Origin: Cyanidioschyzon merolae
Taxonomy: Eukaryota
Direction: 5' to 3' (one strand)
Length of the DNA: 64,000 nucleotides
Assembly (NCBI GenBank): GCA_000091205.1
Contig: AP006492.2
Each line of letters begins with the position of its first letter. The stretch's first letter is position 1. The notes under the pieces are model-generated. The model worked only from the letters and a program-made list of their open reading frames with translations, made no database searches and had not been told where the DNA came from. Shown here piece after piece: positions 35,620-46,225 of the stretch. A program made the translations under genes and the position numbers.

Positions 35620-37146
35620 ATGCTCCCAGCTAGCGTTGGAGGATCAATCAGCTTGGAAACAGACAACCGTGGCGAGCGCACCGAGCGGGCTGCACGGAGA
35701 AGCTTCCGAGGTCGCCTAGCGTTCCTAGGTCCCAAACTTGGGGCTTGGGGACCCACGCAGAGCTGTTCGGCTGCTCCAAACTGTGCGATATCTGAAGCAC
35801 AGCCACGGAAAGGAGCTGGTCGCGGGACGGCTTACCGGCAGGGGAACTCTCTGCGGAACGTGAGGTTCGTTTTGAACGCGAACCAGGAGACGGGCGCTGT
35901 TGGACCAGCGGAAGCCCCCCATCGACGGCTGTCTAACTGGGGAGGCCTTGGCGGCGCATACGACACAAAAGTCTACCCGGCCAAGAGTTTGTGCTCTCAC
36001 TGCGGCTTGTGTGATACCCGCTACATCACCTATGTGCGCGACAGCTGCGCGTTCCTGAACCAGCACATTGCAGAGCTCGAGCAAAAGGTGCATGGACGCA
36101 GTCGCGCTCTGGATTCCGAAGATGAGCTCTATTTTGGTGTATTCCAGAGCATGCTGGTTGCACGCAAGAAGAAGCCTATTGCTGGCGCCCAGTGGACAGG
36201 CATTGTTTCATCGCTTGCTATTGCAATGCTAGAAAGCGGTCTCGTTGAGGGTGTGGTGTGCGTCCAGAGCAGCAAGGACGATCGTTTCAAGCCCGTGCCG
36301 GTAATTGCACGCAATCGAGCTGAAATCTTAGCGGCTAGGGTGAACAAGCCGACGCTGTCACCAAACCTGTCCGTGCTGGACGCAGTAGAACGAAGCGGTA
36401 TCAAACGTCTGCTTTTCATTGGCGTAGGCTGTCAGGTGGAAGCGCTCCGATCCGTTCAAGATCGAATCGGACTCGAAAAACTTTACGTTTTAGGGACTCC
36501 ATGCGTGGATAATGTGACGCGAGCCGGGCTTCAAAAGTTTCTCGATACGACCTCATCGTCACCGGAGACTGTCGTCTACTATGAGTTCATGCAGGACTTT
36601 CGGGTCCATTTTAAACACGATGATTCCGTGATTGGAGGCCCTGGAAGAAAGTGGGACGAAATCGTACCTTTTTTTGCGCTGAACACACAAGAGTTGAAGG
36701 AAGTTTTCGCTCCATCATGTCTATCTTGTTTTGACTATGTGAATGGTTTAGCGGATCTCGTGGTGGGTTACATGGGGGCACCTTTCGGATGGCAATGGCT
36801 TGTTGCACGGAACGAAACCGGACTGGAGATGCTAGAGCTCGCCCGACAGGTCTGCGGTCTGGAGGAGGGCCCCGTCGACGCATGCGGCGATCGACGCGCT
36901 GCTGTCCAGCAGTCGATCACTGCCTACGATCGAGCGCTTACCCTGCCTCGATGGATCGCTGAGTTTTTGGCCATCATCATCGGTAAGATTGGCCCAAAGG
37001 GTCTGGAGTATGCTCGCTTCTCCATCGACAGCCATTTTACCAGAAATTATCTTTACGTGCGGCGCCGATACCCGGAGAAGCTCGATGCTCATGTTCCCGA
37101 GTACGCGAAGCGTATCGTGTCCCAGTACAAGTTGCCGGATACATGA
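35620..37146 (+). CDS. HCAR: FrhB-like Fe-S flavoprotein of the HCAR/BciB family: 7-hydroxymethyl chlorophyll a reductase or ferredoxin-dependent divinyl reductase. It has a roughly 110 aa transit-peptide-like N-terminus
   Basis: PAKSLCSHCGLCDTRYITYVRDSCAFL is the Cys cluster. HGRSRALDSEDELYFGVFQSMLVARKKKPIAGAQWTGIVSSLAIAMLESGLVEGVVCVQS, LLFIGVGCQVEALRSV, LYVLGTPCVDN and GPKGLEYARFSIDSHFTRNYLYV follow. The protein is colinear with plant HCAR. Confidence 0.8.
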   Translation: MLPASVGGSISLETDNRGERTERAARRSFRGRLAFLGPKLGAWGPTQSCSAAPNCAISEAQPRKGAGRGTAYRQGNSLRNVRFVLNANQETGAVGPAEAPHRRLSNWGGLGGAYDTKVYPAKSLCSHCGLCDTRYITYVRDSCAFLNQHIAELEQKVHGRSRALDSEDELYFGVFQSMLVARKKKPIAGAQWTGIVSSLAIAMLESGLVEGVVCVQSSKDDRFKPVPVIARNRAEILAARVNKPTLSPNLSVLDAVERSGIKRLLFIGVGCQVEALRSVQDRIGLEKLYVLGTPCVDNVTRAGLQKFLDTTSSSPETVVYYEFMQDFRVHFKHDDSVIGGPGRKWDEIVPFFALNTQELKEVFAPSCLSCFDYVNGLADLVVGYMGAPFGWQWLVARNETGLEMLELARQVCGLEEGPVDACGDRRAAVQQSITAYDRALTLPRWIAEFLAIIIGKIGPKGLEYARFSIDSHFTRNYLYVRRRYPEKLDAHVPEYAKRIVSQYKLPDT

Positions 37147-37184
37147 AATTGAAGTTCCATGCGGCTTGGAATGAGCTGATTGCG

Positions 37185-39326
37185 TTAAGGCACCGGATGC
37201 GATTCTGGTGCTGGATTGCTTGTCTGCTCACCACGTCTGCGATACGTAAGTTCGAGGTCTTTCGGACTTTTCCAGATGAGCCAGCGCACGGTGCCCAGGT
37301 TCATATTGGGATCCAAAACGTGGCCTCGGCAGAGTATTTCGATCTCCTGCGGGGGCGGGACTATCGGCTCGGACGAGAGGGCATCTGTGGCGGCCCGGCT
37401 GGCGCCCAGGGCCCCTCGGTGACCACCAGGCGAGGCCCGTTGATTCGCAGACGTTGTCTGTTCGGAGAGCTTCGCGGAAACGTACGCCATGGCTTTGCGG
37501 ATTCGCAATATTCGAGGTGCAGTCAGTTTGCTCTGGCGAAGGCTCTGTAATGTGCTCCCAATGGCGGGTTCCAGACCGAACGATATCTTGACTTGCTCTT
37601 TGGCAAGCGTGCGATTTCGTCCGACAATGTCGATGACCCATGAAGGCATGAGCCGCTCTTCAATTTCGGATCCATCAAAGCGATGCGCAAGCTTATGAAT
37701 CAGAGGTTCGATGTGGCCCTGCTCGTTGACCACCACCGGAATGTCGCCGGGGAAAACAAATGGTGTAAGTACCGCAGCTTTCTTCTCCGCCGTCGTTGAT
37801 CCTGTATCACTGGATTGGCCCGAACCTGTATTCAAGGTTTCCGCTACATGAGGGTTGCGCTTTAACCACTGCTTTCGCCACCAGTGAAAGAGCCCTCGGA
37901 GCGTGTGCTCGCCAATATTGACTTTTTGGTCTTCGGATTCGGCCTCCAGACCAATATCCACTGCGTAGACATCTGCGTCGCTCACAGTGCTTTTGCGCAA
38001 ACGGATACCGAGGCTACCCATACGAGTGTCCACGTTGAACCAGGACGGCACGTAAACGAGCTCATCGATCTCTGCGATGACATCATCAAGGCTTCGATCG
38101 CGACCGAAACTTCGAATGTTCAGCGCTCGACATACATCCCACAAGTGAATGCCATGTTCGCTATCTCGGACCAAAACGTGACGTCGATTGTTCAAGACTC
38201 GATAGTCGACTACGGATGGGAGCCCTTCAATGACGCATTCATGAGTCGGATCTGGATGTTTCATGGAAACGCATCGGAGTTGAGATTCACCAAATCCGAT
38301 CCATAAATTGGAGGAATAGTTGGCTGTCGGTGCAATGCAAACATCTAAAACAGCCTTAGACCAGTCACATACCTGCTCTCTGCGCGCCGAGTGCCCGTCG
38401 GGCTCGAACAGCCTTCGTGTCTCTTTCGAATTCCGGAGATCGGTGCGGCAGACAGTCCCGTCACGTGAACCGGACACGAACCACGAAAAAGACGGTGGTA
38501 CATCAAGCGACCACACAGAGTCTTCATGAACGTGGTGGAAGACACTGAGGCAACGCTGTTGCCGAATATCCCAGAGCCGAACCGCCCCGTCGCTGCCGCC
38601 ACTAAGACACAAAAGTCCGTTCGAAGATAGTCGAATGCGACGAACGATATCAGCATGTCCATGCAGCCTCATGACATCTCGACTCGTTCGCAAGTCGTAC
38701 AGCCGAATAGATCGATCTGAGTGCCCTGCGGCGACAACAAAACAGTCTGCCGAGCCGTTCAGTGCACCATCCCGATGAAGCGCTGAAGCAATGCAATAGA
38801 TCGACTCATTTTCATCGCCTCTCATTTCAGAAAAGGCCACCATACGATCTAGATCCCACAGAATGATACGATTGTCGTATGCGGTGCTCACGAACTGTCG
38901 GCTACTGACGTTCGCGAGAGCTCGCACATAGTCCTGGTGTTCAACGAGCGTCGCAAGGCACGCTCCGGCCGATAGGTCCCAAACTTTCACGGTCGCATCA
39001 GAGGAGCACGAAACCAGCGTAGGATAGCCTCCTGGGGACACAACGTCGTTCACCCAGTCGGTATGCTCTTCCAGAGAGCGCAAATGTGCCTGCTTAGCGA
39101 TCCGCCCCTGTTGCGCTCTATGGTCGATGGACCACAGCCGCACTGACCCATCCCGACCGGCTGAAACGAGAAGGTAGGCGTCCGACTGAGATTCGGGCTT
39201 CTGTAAGGCCAGCACAGCGTTAATGCCGTAGCGATGCTGTTGCTCTGGAAAGCGACACCAGTACGTAACCGTCCGCTGCTCAGACCTGGCGTTCCGCGGG
39301 AACGACAAACTTTGCGCGTCCGTCAT
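37185..39326 (-). CDS. WDR48: WD40-repeat protein WDR48/UAF1 orthologue (deubiquitinase cofactor)
   Basis: HTDWVNDVV, LVSCSSDATVKVWD, SIRLYDLRT, GGSDGAVRLWDIRQQRC, VYVPSWFNVD and C-terminal LCRGHVLDPNMNLGTVRWLIWKS match the WDR48 N-terminal WD repeats and SLD region. ATG verified. Confidence 0.85.
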   Translation of the reverse strand: MTDAQSLSFPRNARSEQRTVTYWCRFPEQQHRYGINAVLALQKPESQSDAYLLVSAGRDGSVRLWSIDHRAQQGRIAKQAHLRSLEEHTDWVNDVVSPGGYPTLVSCSSDATVKVWDLSAGACLATLVEHQDYVRALANVSSRQFVSTAYDNRIILWDLDRMVAFSEMRGDENESIYCIASALHRDGALNGSADCFVVAAGHSDRSIRLYDLRTSRDVMRLHGHADIVRRIRLSSNGLLCLSGGSDGAVRLWDIRQQRCLSVFHHVHEDSVWSLDVPPSFSWFVSGSRDGTVCRTDLRNSKETRRLFEPDGHSARREQVCDWSKAVLDVCIAPTANYSSNLWIGFGESQLRCVSMKHPDPTHECVIEGLPSVVDYRVLNNRRHVLVRDSEHGIHLWDVCRALNIRSFGRDRSLDDVIAEIDELVYVPSWFNVDTRMGSLGIRLRKSTVSDADVYAVDIGLEAESEDQKVNIGEHTLRGLFHWWRKQWLKRNPHVAETLNTGSGQSSDTGSTTAEKKAAVLTPFVFPGDIPVVVNEQGHIEPLIHKLAHRFDGSEIEERLMPSWVIDIVGRNRTLAKEQVKISFGLEPAIGSTLQSLRQSKLTAPRILRIRKAMAYVSAKLSEQTTSANQRASPGGHRGALGASRAATDALSSEPIVPPPQEIEILCRGHVLDPNMNLGTVRWLIWKSPKDLELTYRRRGEQTSNPAPESHPVP

Positions 39327-40649
39327 GCGCTGTGTGGCTTCGTAGAAAGCACAGTCCGCTGCACGACGCCTTCAAACACCAGGCTCCTAAGAAACCTTGT
39401 GCATTCCTCAGTGCGATGCAACAACGCACCGTAGCCCTTAGACGCTACGGATTGTAACGAAAAAGGCGGTTAAGCGCGACATCTGCGTGCGAATTGGCCG
39501 TCACAGCCTTGGAAACGTCCACGGGCTTGAAGCGTTCGCAGAGCGCGAACAATTCTCCTGCAATCGCCATGGGTAATGTTTTACTTTAGTTCAGGTTCCC
39601 AGAATCATTTGAATGCTTAGGTTTGGTGCTTCCGTGGAGAGTTCCCTGTCTCCAGGATATAATGCATCGGTGAGATCCGAGCGATCTGCTTCTCGGATAC
39701 TGCACACCACAGGTCACGCGCATGGGTCGTGTCCTATTATCGTCACTATCTCTGATTTGATACGTTTTTCGTTTGGTTATTCTACGATGGGCGCTCAATG
39801 GCTTCGTTCGTAGGATACGTTTTCGCCCAACCAGAGGCGTCTATACGGCTGCAAAGCTGTTTGCGTCCGCGTTCAGGCACGGGTGTCGCATGGAAAGGCC
39901 TTTCGGGCATCGACTCGACATCCGCACTGGGCGCTTGATTCCATAGAGCGATGTATCGCTCCGGATGCGAAACAGGGCAGGATACTTTTTACATCGCCGG
40001 TTTTCCCTCTGGATATAATGTTCATGCTGCATGGAATATAGCGATGACCACAGTGCTACCCAGAGGCTTTACGTAGGAATACTCCATTTGAATGATGTCC
40101 ATCCTTGGCCCCTGCTGAAGAAGAAGACGCCTCTGTCAAGGCCAGTCGGACCATTGCAACAATCCGCGCCCGGTAATCATAGACTAGTGGTGTTGGAGAT
40201 CCGCATGCCATGGCGCTCCAGGTCGGCGCCAAGCTCACGTCTGATGGGGTGCTTGAAACCTTGGGATCCTTCGAAAGGAGCACAACGACACCGACGCTTC
40301 ATGAAAGATAATGGGTATGAACTAGTCGGCATCGCTCGCAGAGCCCCGAATATGTCGATGCAGAGAAGTCCCGCGCATCATACGTTGTCTGCACGGCGAG
40401 CTAGGTTCCGAGCGCCGCCCGTGCGAATCGGCACGCTGCAACGACTCGAACTGTGAAAATGGAACATTTAGGAACAATAAGTATTTATTTGATATGGATT
40501 TGGTATTTGTGGACGTATGACGGCCGGCGCCCGTCTCGAAAGCGCTGATGGCGATGGAATCGTACGCCGTTCGTACCCCTAGCAGACTTTCGAAAGTTTC
40601 GCGTACCCGGCAGTCTTCGGAGACGCGGCGCTGACGCTCAGGATCGGGT

Positions 40650-41504
40650 ATGGGCGCTTCAGGTAGAGAGGCAGCGGCCAAGCTGGCAAAGACGCTGAAC
40701 ACGGCAGCCAAGTACTCCATTGCGCTGGGCGTACTGGGAAGCCTCCTGCAGACGTCGCTGTATACTGTGGAAGGCGGTCATCGCGCCGTTATCTTCAACC
40801 GCTTTACCGGAGTTGAACAGCGTGTCGTTGGTGAAGGCACACATCTGCGCATTCCCTGGGTTCAGAAACCCATTATCTATGACGTGCGCACACGTCCGCG
40901 CACGATCACTTCCGTAACAGGTACGAAAGATCTTCAGATGGTGAACCTAACGCTCCGAGTTCTCAGCAAGCCAGATAAACAGCAGCTTCCACGGATATAC
41001 TCGAGGCTAGGTGTGGACTATGATGAGCGGGTGCTGCCCTCCATTGGCAACGAGGTTCTCAAGGCGATCGTTGCACAGTACAACGCCGAGCAGTTGCTGA
41101 CGCAGCGGGAGAAAGTTAGTCGTCAGATTCGCGAGACACTCACGGCACGAGCGAAATCCTTTGACATTGAGCTCGACGACGTATCTATGACACATCTGAC
41201 GTTTGGACGCGAGTTTGCGCAGGCAATTGAGCAAAAACAGGTTGCACAGCAGGAAGCTGAACGCAGTCGATACATCGTCGCCATCGCTGAACAAGAGCGG
41301 CAAGCTGCCATCACTCGTGCCGAGGGCGAGTCCGAGGCCGCGGCCCTTGTTAGTCAAGCGCTACAAGAGAGTGGTGCCGGTTTTATTCAGCTGAGACGCA
41401 TTGAAGCTGCACGGGAAATCGCGGAAACACTTTCAAAGGCACCAAACGTCGTGTACTTACCGGCGACACATGGAACAAATATCCTTCTGAACCCAGGAAT
41501 ATAA
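40650..41504 (+). CDS. PHB1: Prohibitin (PHB1-type, SPFH/band-7 domain)
   Basis: [55 protein letters not shown] and [36 protein letters not shown] are near-identical to conserved PHB1 blocks. Confidence 0.9.
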   Translation: MGASGREAAAKLAKTLNTAAKYSIALGVLGSLLQTSLYTVEGGHRAVIFNRFTGVEQRVVGEGTHLRIPWVQKPIIYDVRTRPRTITSVTGTKDLQMVNLTLRVLSKPDKQQLPRIYSRLGVDYDERVLPSIGNEVLKAIVAQYNAEQLLTQREKVSRQIRETLTARAKSFDIELDDVSMTHLTFGREFAQAIEQKQVAQQEAERSRYIVAIAEQERQAAITRAEGESEAAALVSQALQESGAGFIQLRRIEAAREIAETLSKAPNVVYLPATHGTNILLNPGI

Positions 41505-41992
41505 CGAAGCAAGTTCAACACAAGCTTTTTTGTGGACAAGTTGCATCGGCCTGGGCAATAGATAAATTCACACTCAAGTGAATTCGTCCGCTTTGAGTGT
41601 ACATGCATCCTGTTCTAGAAGCTGAAACCGAGCCAAAAGAACACAAATGTTATCGTTGCTGGCCAGTTCCTTGTTGGCTACCATGAAATCCTCGCATTGG
41701 TTGCACCGGCTATCAGTTGATGCCGAACGAATTGAAACTGGATGCAGTCTTTTCGCTGCCGAGAAGACAGACGCGTCAAGCACACATACGCACCAGTGCT
41801 GCGAGCCCAATGCGCGTAGCGAGGTTGTGAAGATGCCTCGGGAGAAACACGATGCTGCCCTGCCTGTACTGGGCGATATGCAGATTCGCGAAATTTGCTT
41901 TGAAAGATACGCACACATCATGTATTCCTCATATCGAGCAAGCAGCATGATGCTTACAGAGAAACCGAAAATACCCCGTTTTCCAGTTAAAG

Positions 41993-43123
41993 TTAGTCGT
42001 AAAAAATAACGCTGTGCCTTGAATCATCCCTGCCGAATACATTGGGGGAATGGGCGCGCCGAAGCGAGCACAGTTCTCCCAGAGCTGAATCGTTCAACAG
42101 CTGGGGTGCCTGGGAGAACTCCGACAACGATGTCGCCGCTGTGGTGCTGGGCGACGCTGCCAACCGAATCGGATTCACAATGCGCATGAGACTCCTCGCA
42201 ATTTGAAAAGTTTGAGCGTTCTCGTGAAAATAATGGAAAGCTGTCTGGCCGAAACAGCACAAAGCGATGCCTATGGCATGGCCTCCCACGCCGCACGCGA
42301 TCGACCTCGTGAAGGCCGTACCCTGCATGTGTTCGACAGTGTGCAGCGCAGCCTGCTCAAGAGAAAAAATGGACAAATCTACTTGGCATCGAAGGCCCTT
42401 TGGTGTCACACGTGAGGCACCACAAGTATCAGCGAAAATGATTCGTGACCCGTGGGCGAAAACCATGCTCCAGACAAAGTGCGATGTGGACGGTGCTGGT
42501 TGACCATTGGCCAGCTCGCCCCGGTGAAATTCATGCCACAGAACACTGGGCAGTTGATCAGCGTCTACCTGCTCCGCTGTGTAGAGCGTACGAATTAACT
42601 CTACGTCGTTCTCATCAAAACGATATTCTGTTGCATGTAAACAGACAGCCGCTGGGCTGGTCGCAAGCTTTCTCCTGATATCCTGCGCAGCGAGAAGCAT
42701 CACGCGCCGCAGCGTGGTGGACTTCCCCGTCATATGGCCGCCATACGTAAAGATGCAAACGTCCGCAACTCCGGCTATTGCGGCCGAAATGGCATCCTGG
42801 ATAGACCATACAGGCTGGGACGTTGGTACCGATGCGTCCTGCTCACGCAAGTTTTGACTCCGGAAAGCTGCATCGAAGTAGAGCTGACTCGGGCTATCGT
42901 TGCTCCCGAACACAAACGCACCATCAAACGCGAGCCGCTGGCAAGATAACCGGTCAAGTATAACGCTCGAGTCGCCGTAGCACGTATACACAGACTCGTC
43001 GCGCGCAGTGAACAGCGTACTCTGCGAGAAACGTTCAGAATCCACGAGCGGTCGTCCACAAAGTGCAACACCTATTGGCAGCGCAGTGTGAAGCCAGCGG
43101 AACCTATCATCACTTTTATTCAT
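41993..43123 (-). CDS. Divergent kinesin-like protein. It is a motor domain only, with no stalk or tail
   Basis: LAFDGAFVFGSNDSPSQLY resembles FxFDxVF...Q..VY. The P-loop VCIFTYGGHMTGKSTTL replaces GQTGSGKT. Switch I is STSHFVW. Switch II is IIFADTCGASRV. ATG at 43123; the track starts at a TTG at 43180. Confidence 0.5.
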   Translation of the reverse strand: MNKSDDRFRWLHTALPIGVALCGRPLVDSERFSQSTLFTARDESVYTCYGDSSVILDRLSCQRLAFDGAFVFGSNDSPSQLYFDAAFRSQNLREQDASVPTSQPVWSIQDAISAAIAGVADVCIFTYGGHMTGKSTTLRRVMLLAAQDIRRKLATSPAAVCLHATEYRFDENDVELIRTLYTAEQVDADQLPSVLWHEFHRGELANGQPAPSTSHFVWSMVFAHGSRIIFADTCGASRVTPKGLRCQVDLSIFSLEQAALHTVEHMQGTAFTRSIACGVGGHAIGIALCCFGQTAFHYFHENAQTFQIARSLMRIVNPIRLAASPSTTAATSLSEFSQAPQLLNDSALGELCSLRRAHSPNVFGRDDSRHSVIFYD

Positions 43124-43639
43124 CAAAATTTTTGGTTTTTTTTCAGGAGCGAAAATAACCCTAGACTTCCGGCTATTCAAAACGGCGACTAGAACACACG
43201 CTGCGGTTCGATGTTGAACGCGGGCTTTCCAGCTGTCGAGCCGCGACAGCCACCAGAGCGTTCCGAGTGCTCCTAGTACCGCCCAGGGAAGAGAATGATG
43301 AAAGCAGGATCACGCCCTAGAGGTCAAGAAAAGAGAGGCACAGGTGAGCTTTCCGAAAAACGTCGAGTGGAGGCGGTATCTAATGGAAACAGCGTGCAGA
43401 CGCTATTGATGCGTCGGAACGACGCAACGTAAGGATGCTTCGCGATCCGCGAACGCCACGATGAACAGATAGGATCGATGAAAACCTTTACAGTGTACTG
43501 TTCTAACTCAGAAACAGAGGAAATGGCTACGCCTGTCCCATTCTACGTACTTGGATGTATATTGAACAACGCCTCTGCTCGGCTGAGCGGTGGTCAATGG
43601 GTCGTTCATCTGGTTACCGATGTGCCCCGGGGAAAGCGT

Positions 43640-45292
43640 TCATGCGCTTTCGCTGCCGTTAGGTCGAGCGAGGCTCTCTGGAAGCCGGAACTCGACACAG
43701 TACATATACTTCTCCGGCGCGACGTGTCGTACGCAGCGAACTCGCAGTTGATCGCGGTCTGGGTCCAACTGGAACGAGTCCACCCGAGGTCGCTTCGAAT
43801 GCCGATCGATTGGAGCAGCGTCGGTGCCTGCATGCCTTGTGGGATTGACCTCCTCTGCGGCTTTCCCGCTATTGCGCTGCAACGCTGCGTCGAAAACCTC
43901 ATTCATCTGGTCGACGATCCATTCGTACGCGTTCTCGCCGTGCGCGAAGCAATAGCAGTAGATATACGGAAGCGGATTTGCTGGTGCAATACTACCTACC
44001 AGCGCATCTAGAAAATGGATTGCTTCAGCCGGCAGATTCATGATAATATGCTGAATCGGCAAACGATCTGAATGAAGGAGCTTCTTCAAAAAGGCGCGGG
44101 CGTCCATGCAGCACGTCGTACAGCGCCCTGGAGGAATCCGGTTTTCGCGAATATTTCGGTCCAGATATTCTACAGCGTCGGGATTGATATCGTTGGCGTA
44201 GACAATGAATCCATGCTTTGCCAGGGGGACGGCGAAAGGTCCTATTCCCGCGAAAGCATCCGCCACAAGCACCGGCTTTTGGCCGGAGGAAAGCCTCATG
44301 GAAGCAGCCGTATGTGGCACGGCATTCGGTCCAGCGGCCACGGGTGGCGTCACCAGCGGTAGCTTTGACGAATCTCGCAGAGGCTCGCTTCCATCCGCGA
44401 ATATCATTTGTTTCCTTTCGTCGATACGTGAGACATCGCGAGGATCAGCATCAAGTCCAGTCTGCGTTGATCCGTGGAGCGTTCGAATTGCATCGATGAC
44501 TCGCCGATGCTCAGTCTCTAGACGCGAATTCCAGTACACTCTGCTCATATCGACGTGAAACACACATCCATTCTCGCGCACGCATGTCTCTAGCGAGCAA
44601 CCAGGTACTGCTGCGAGGACTTCCATTTCGAACGTGCGGAATACGCCACCGACATTCGCTGCCTTGTTCACGACAACCCGGATGCCAGGTATCTTCTCTC
44701 GGAGTACTTGGCCAATGAGATACTTATATGGATGGTGTACGTCCCGTAGGTTCAGGTGGAGCACATGACCAGTTGCCTCAAAGGCTTTTGGAACCGGTAT
44801 ACTGGCCGGTAGAAGCTGTCGAAGGACATCATCATGTCCGAAATCGTCATAATCGAGCTTCAGTGGGTAAGTTGTAAACATGGATTCCTTCCATTCTCGG
44901 GTCACTGCACCGTTTGCCTCTGAAGACCGGGTCCCGGAACGCTCTTCGTTGAGCATGTGCACGAGCGCGGCCACATCTCGCGACTGAAAGTCAGTCGAAA
45001 AATTGGACTCTTGTGGTAAAAACTGTTCTCGAGGTTGCTGTCCCGCCAGGTATCGGAGCAGAATGATGCGCACCTGGTCGCTAGCTGTGTGGTTTGGTGA
45101 CGGCGCCACAACGCTCCGCTTCCGGGCGAGTCGCAACACATGCCGCGGGGATAACATACGACGGGCCGTTGCAACCTCCGCCAGTGGAACCCGTACTGCA
45201 TAGACGACCCATTCCTGCTGAAAACGAGTCTTGAGTTCTGCCGGGACCCCAGCACATATCTCGTTGTGGGTTGCCTCGCTGTGCGTAGCCAT
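43640..45292 (-). CDS. TRM5: tRNA (guanine37-N1)-methyltransferase Trm5 (Met_10 family) with a roughly 100 aa N-terminal extension. First ATG used
   Basis: GHVLHLNLRDVHHPYKYLIGQVLREKIPGI, VYWNSRLETEHRRV, VADAFAGIGPFAVPLAKHGFIVYANDINPDAVEYL and IIMNLPAEAIHFL are colinear with human TRMT5. Confidence 0.8.
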   Translation of the reverse strand: MATHSEATHNEICAGVPAELKTRFQQEWVVYAVRVPLAEVATARRMLSPRHVLRLARKRSVVAPSPNHTASDQVRIILLRYLAGQQPREQFLPQESNFSTDFQSRDVAALVHMLNEERSGTRSSEANGAVTREWKESMFTTYPLKLDYDDFGHDDVLRQLLPASIPVPKAFEATGHVLHLNLRDVHHPYKYLIGQVLREKIPGIRVVVNKAANVGGVFRTFEMEVLAAVPGCSLETCVRENGCVFHVDMSRVYWNSRLETEHRRVIDAIRTLHGSTQTGLDADPRDVSRIDERKQMIFADGSEPLRDSSKLPLVTPPVAAGPNAVPHTAASMRLSSGQKPVLVADAFAGIGPFAVPLAKHGFIVYANDINPDAVEYLDRNIRENRIPPGRCTTCCMDARAFLKKLLHSDRLPIQHIIMNLPAEAIHFLDALVGSIAPANPLPYIYCYCFAHGENAYEWIVDQMNEVFDAALQRNSGKAAEEVNPTRHAGTDAAPIDRHSKRPRVDSFQLDPDRDQLRVRCVRHVAPEKYMYCVEFRLPESLARPNGSESA

Positions 45293-46225
45293 AAGCGTGG
45301 CCGATGTGCCTCGCCGGATACGCCCGAAATCGATGCCAGCCGAGTCCGAGCTCCTCCTCAAGACGGACACCTTCGACACAGCAAAGCGACCAACAAACGC
45401 AGAGCACTGGATTTCAAAGCGTCCTAACGATTCTCCAGGTTGCTCGCTGAACTTGCAGCGCTGCAGTCGGAAATTAGGCAGCGATTCACCTGCCGCGCTC
45501 AATCGGTTGCTTCTCGCTTCGCGCCAGCTGAAAAACGCCCGTCGACCACAGGCACGAACATGACCTCCAGCGAGTCCCCAGCAAAAGCTCAATAGCTGCC
45601 TTAGGGCCTTCAGTTTGCCTTGCGTGCACGCCCTGGTCCCTTGTACTCACCTTGCAAGATCGTTGCGCGTCGCTCAGTGCGGAGCTTTTCCAGAAGCCCA
45701 GCAACTGCGTTTGCTGTCCCAAGACGTATCTAGAGTTATGGTGCTCGAGCAGTTGCTGCACCAAGACAAACAGCCTGAGAGAAAGAAGAAAAAGCGAGCT
45801 CACCCACGATGCTCCAAGTTAACGCCACCGCGAGTCTATAAACGAAAGCAAGAGAAACTGCACCCACGCACAAGCACACACACGTCTCAAGCAACCGTTA
45901 CCCCGGAGGCACAAAGGAACAGCAACAGGATCTGGATACGTATGTACAAGCTCCCAGCAATTGTTACCCCAGTGAAATAGGAAGAGAAACAAGTTCTCCC
46001 CGCTGCTCCTCGACGATCAAGCTACTGATATGAGAAGACGCAAGGCGTCACCGATCGACAGATGGGCACGCATGCCACACCCGCATGCATTCGGCGGTGT
46101 CGTCGCAGCGGCGGCGAAACGGCCGTCGACGGGCGCTTCTGACTTTCGCGGACACTGGAACACTACTGCACTGAAACGTTGAGCGAAAGGTTCGTTTGCA
46201 AGCCATCGACTCTTTTCGGTAGTCA

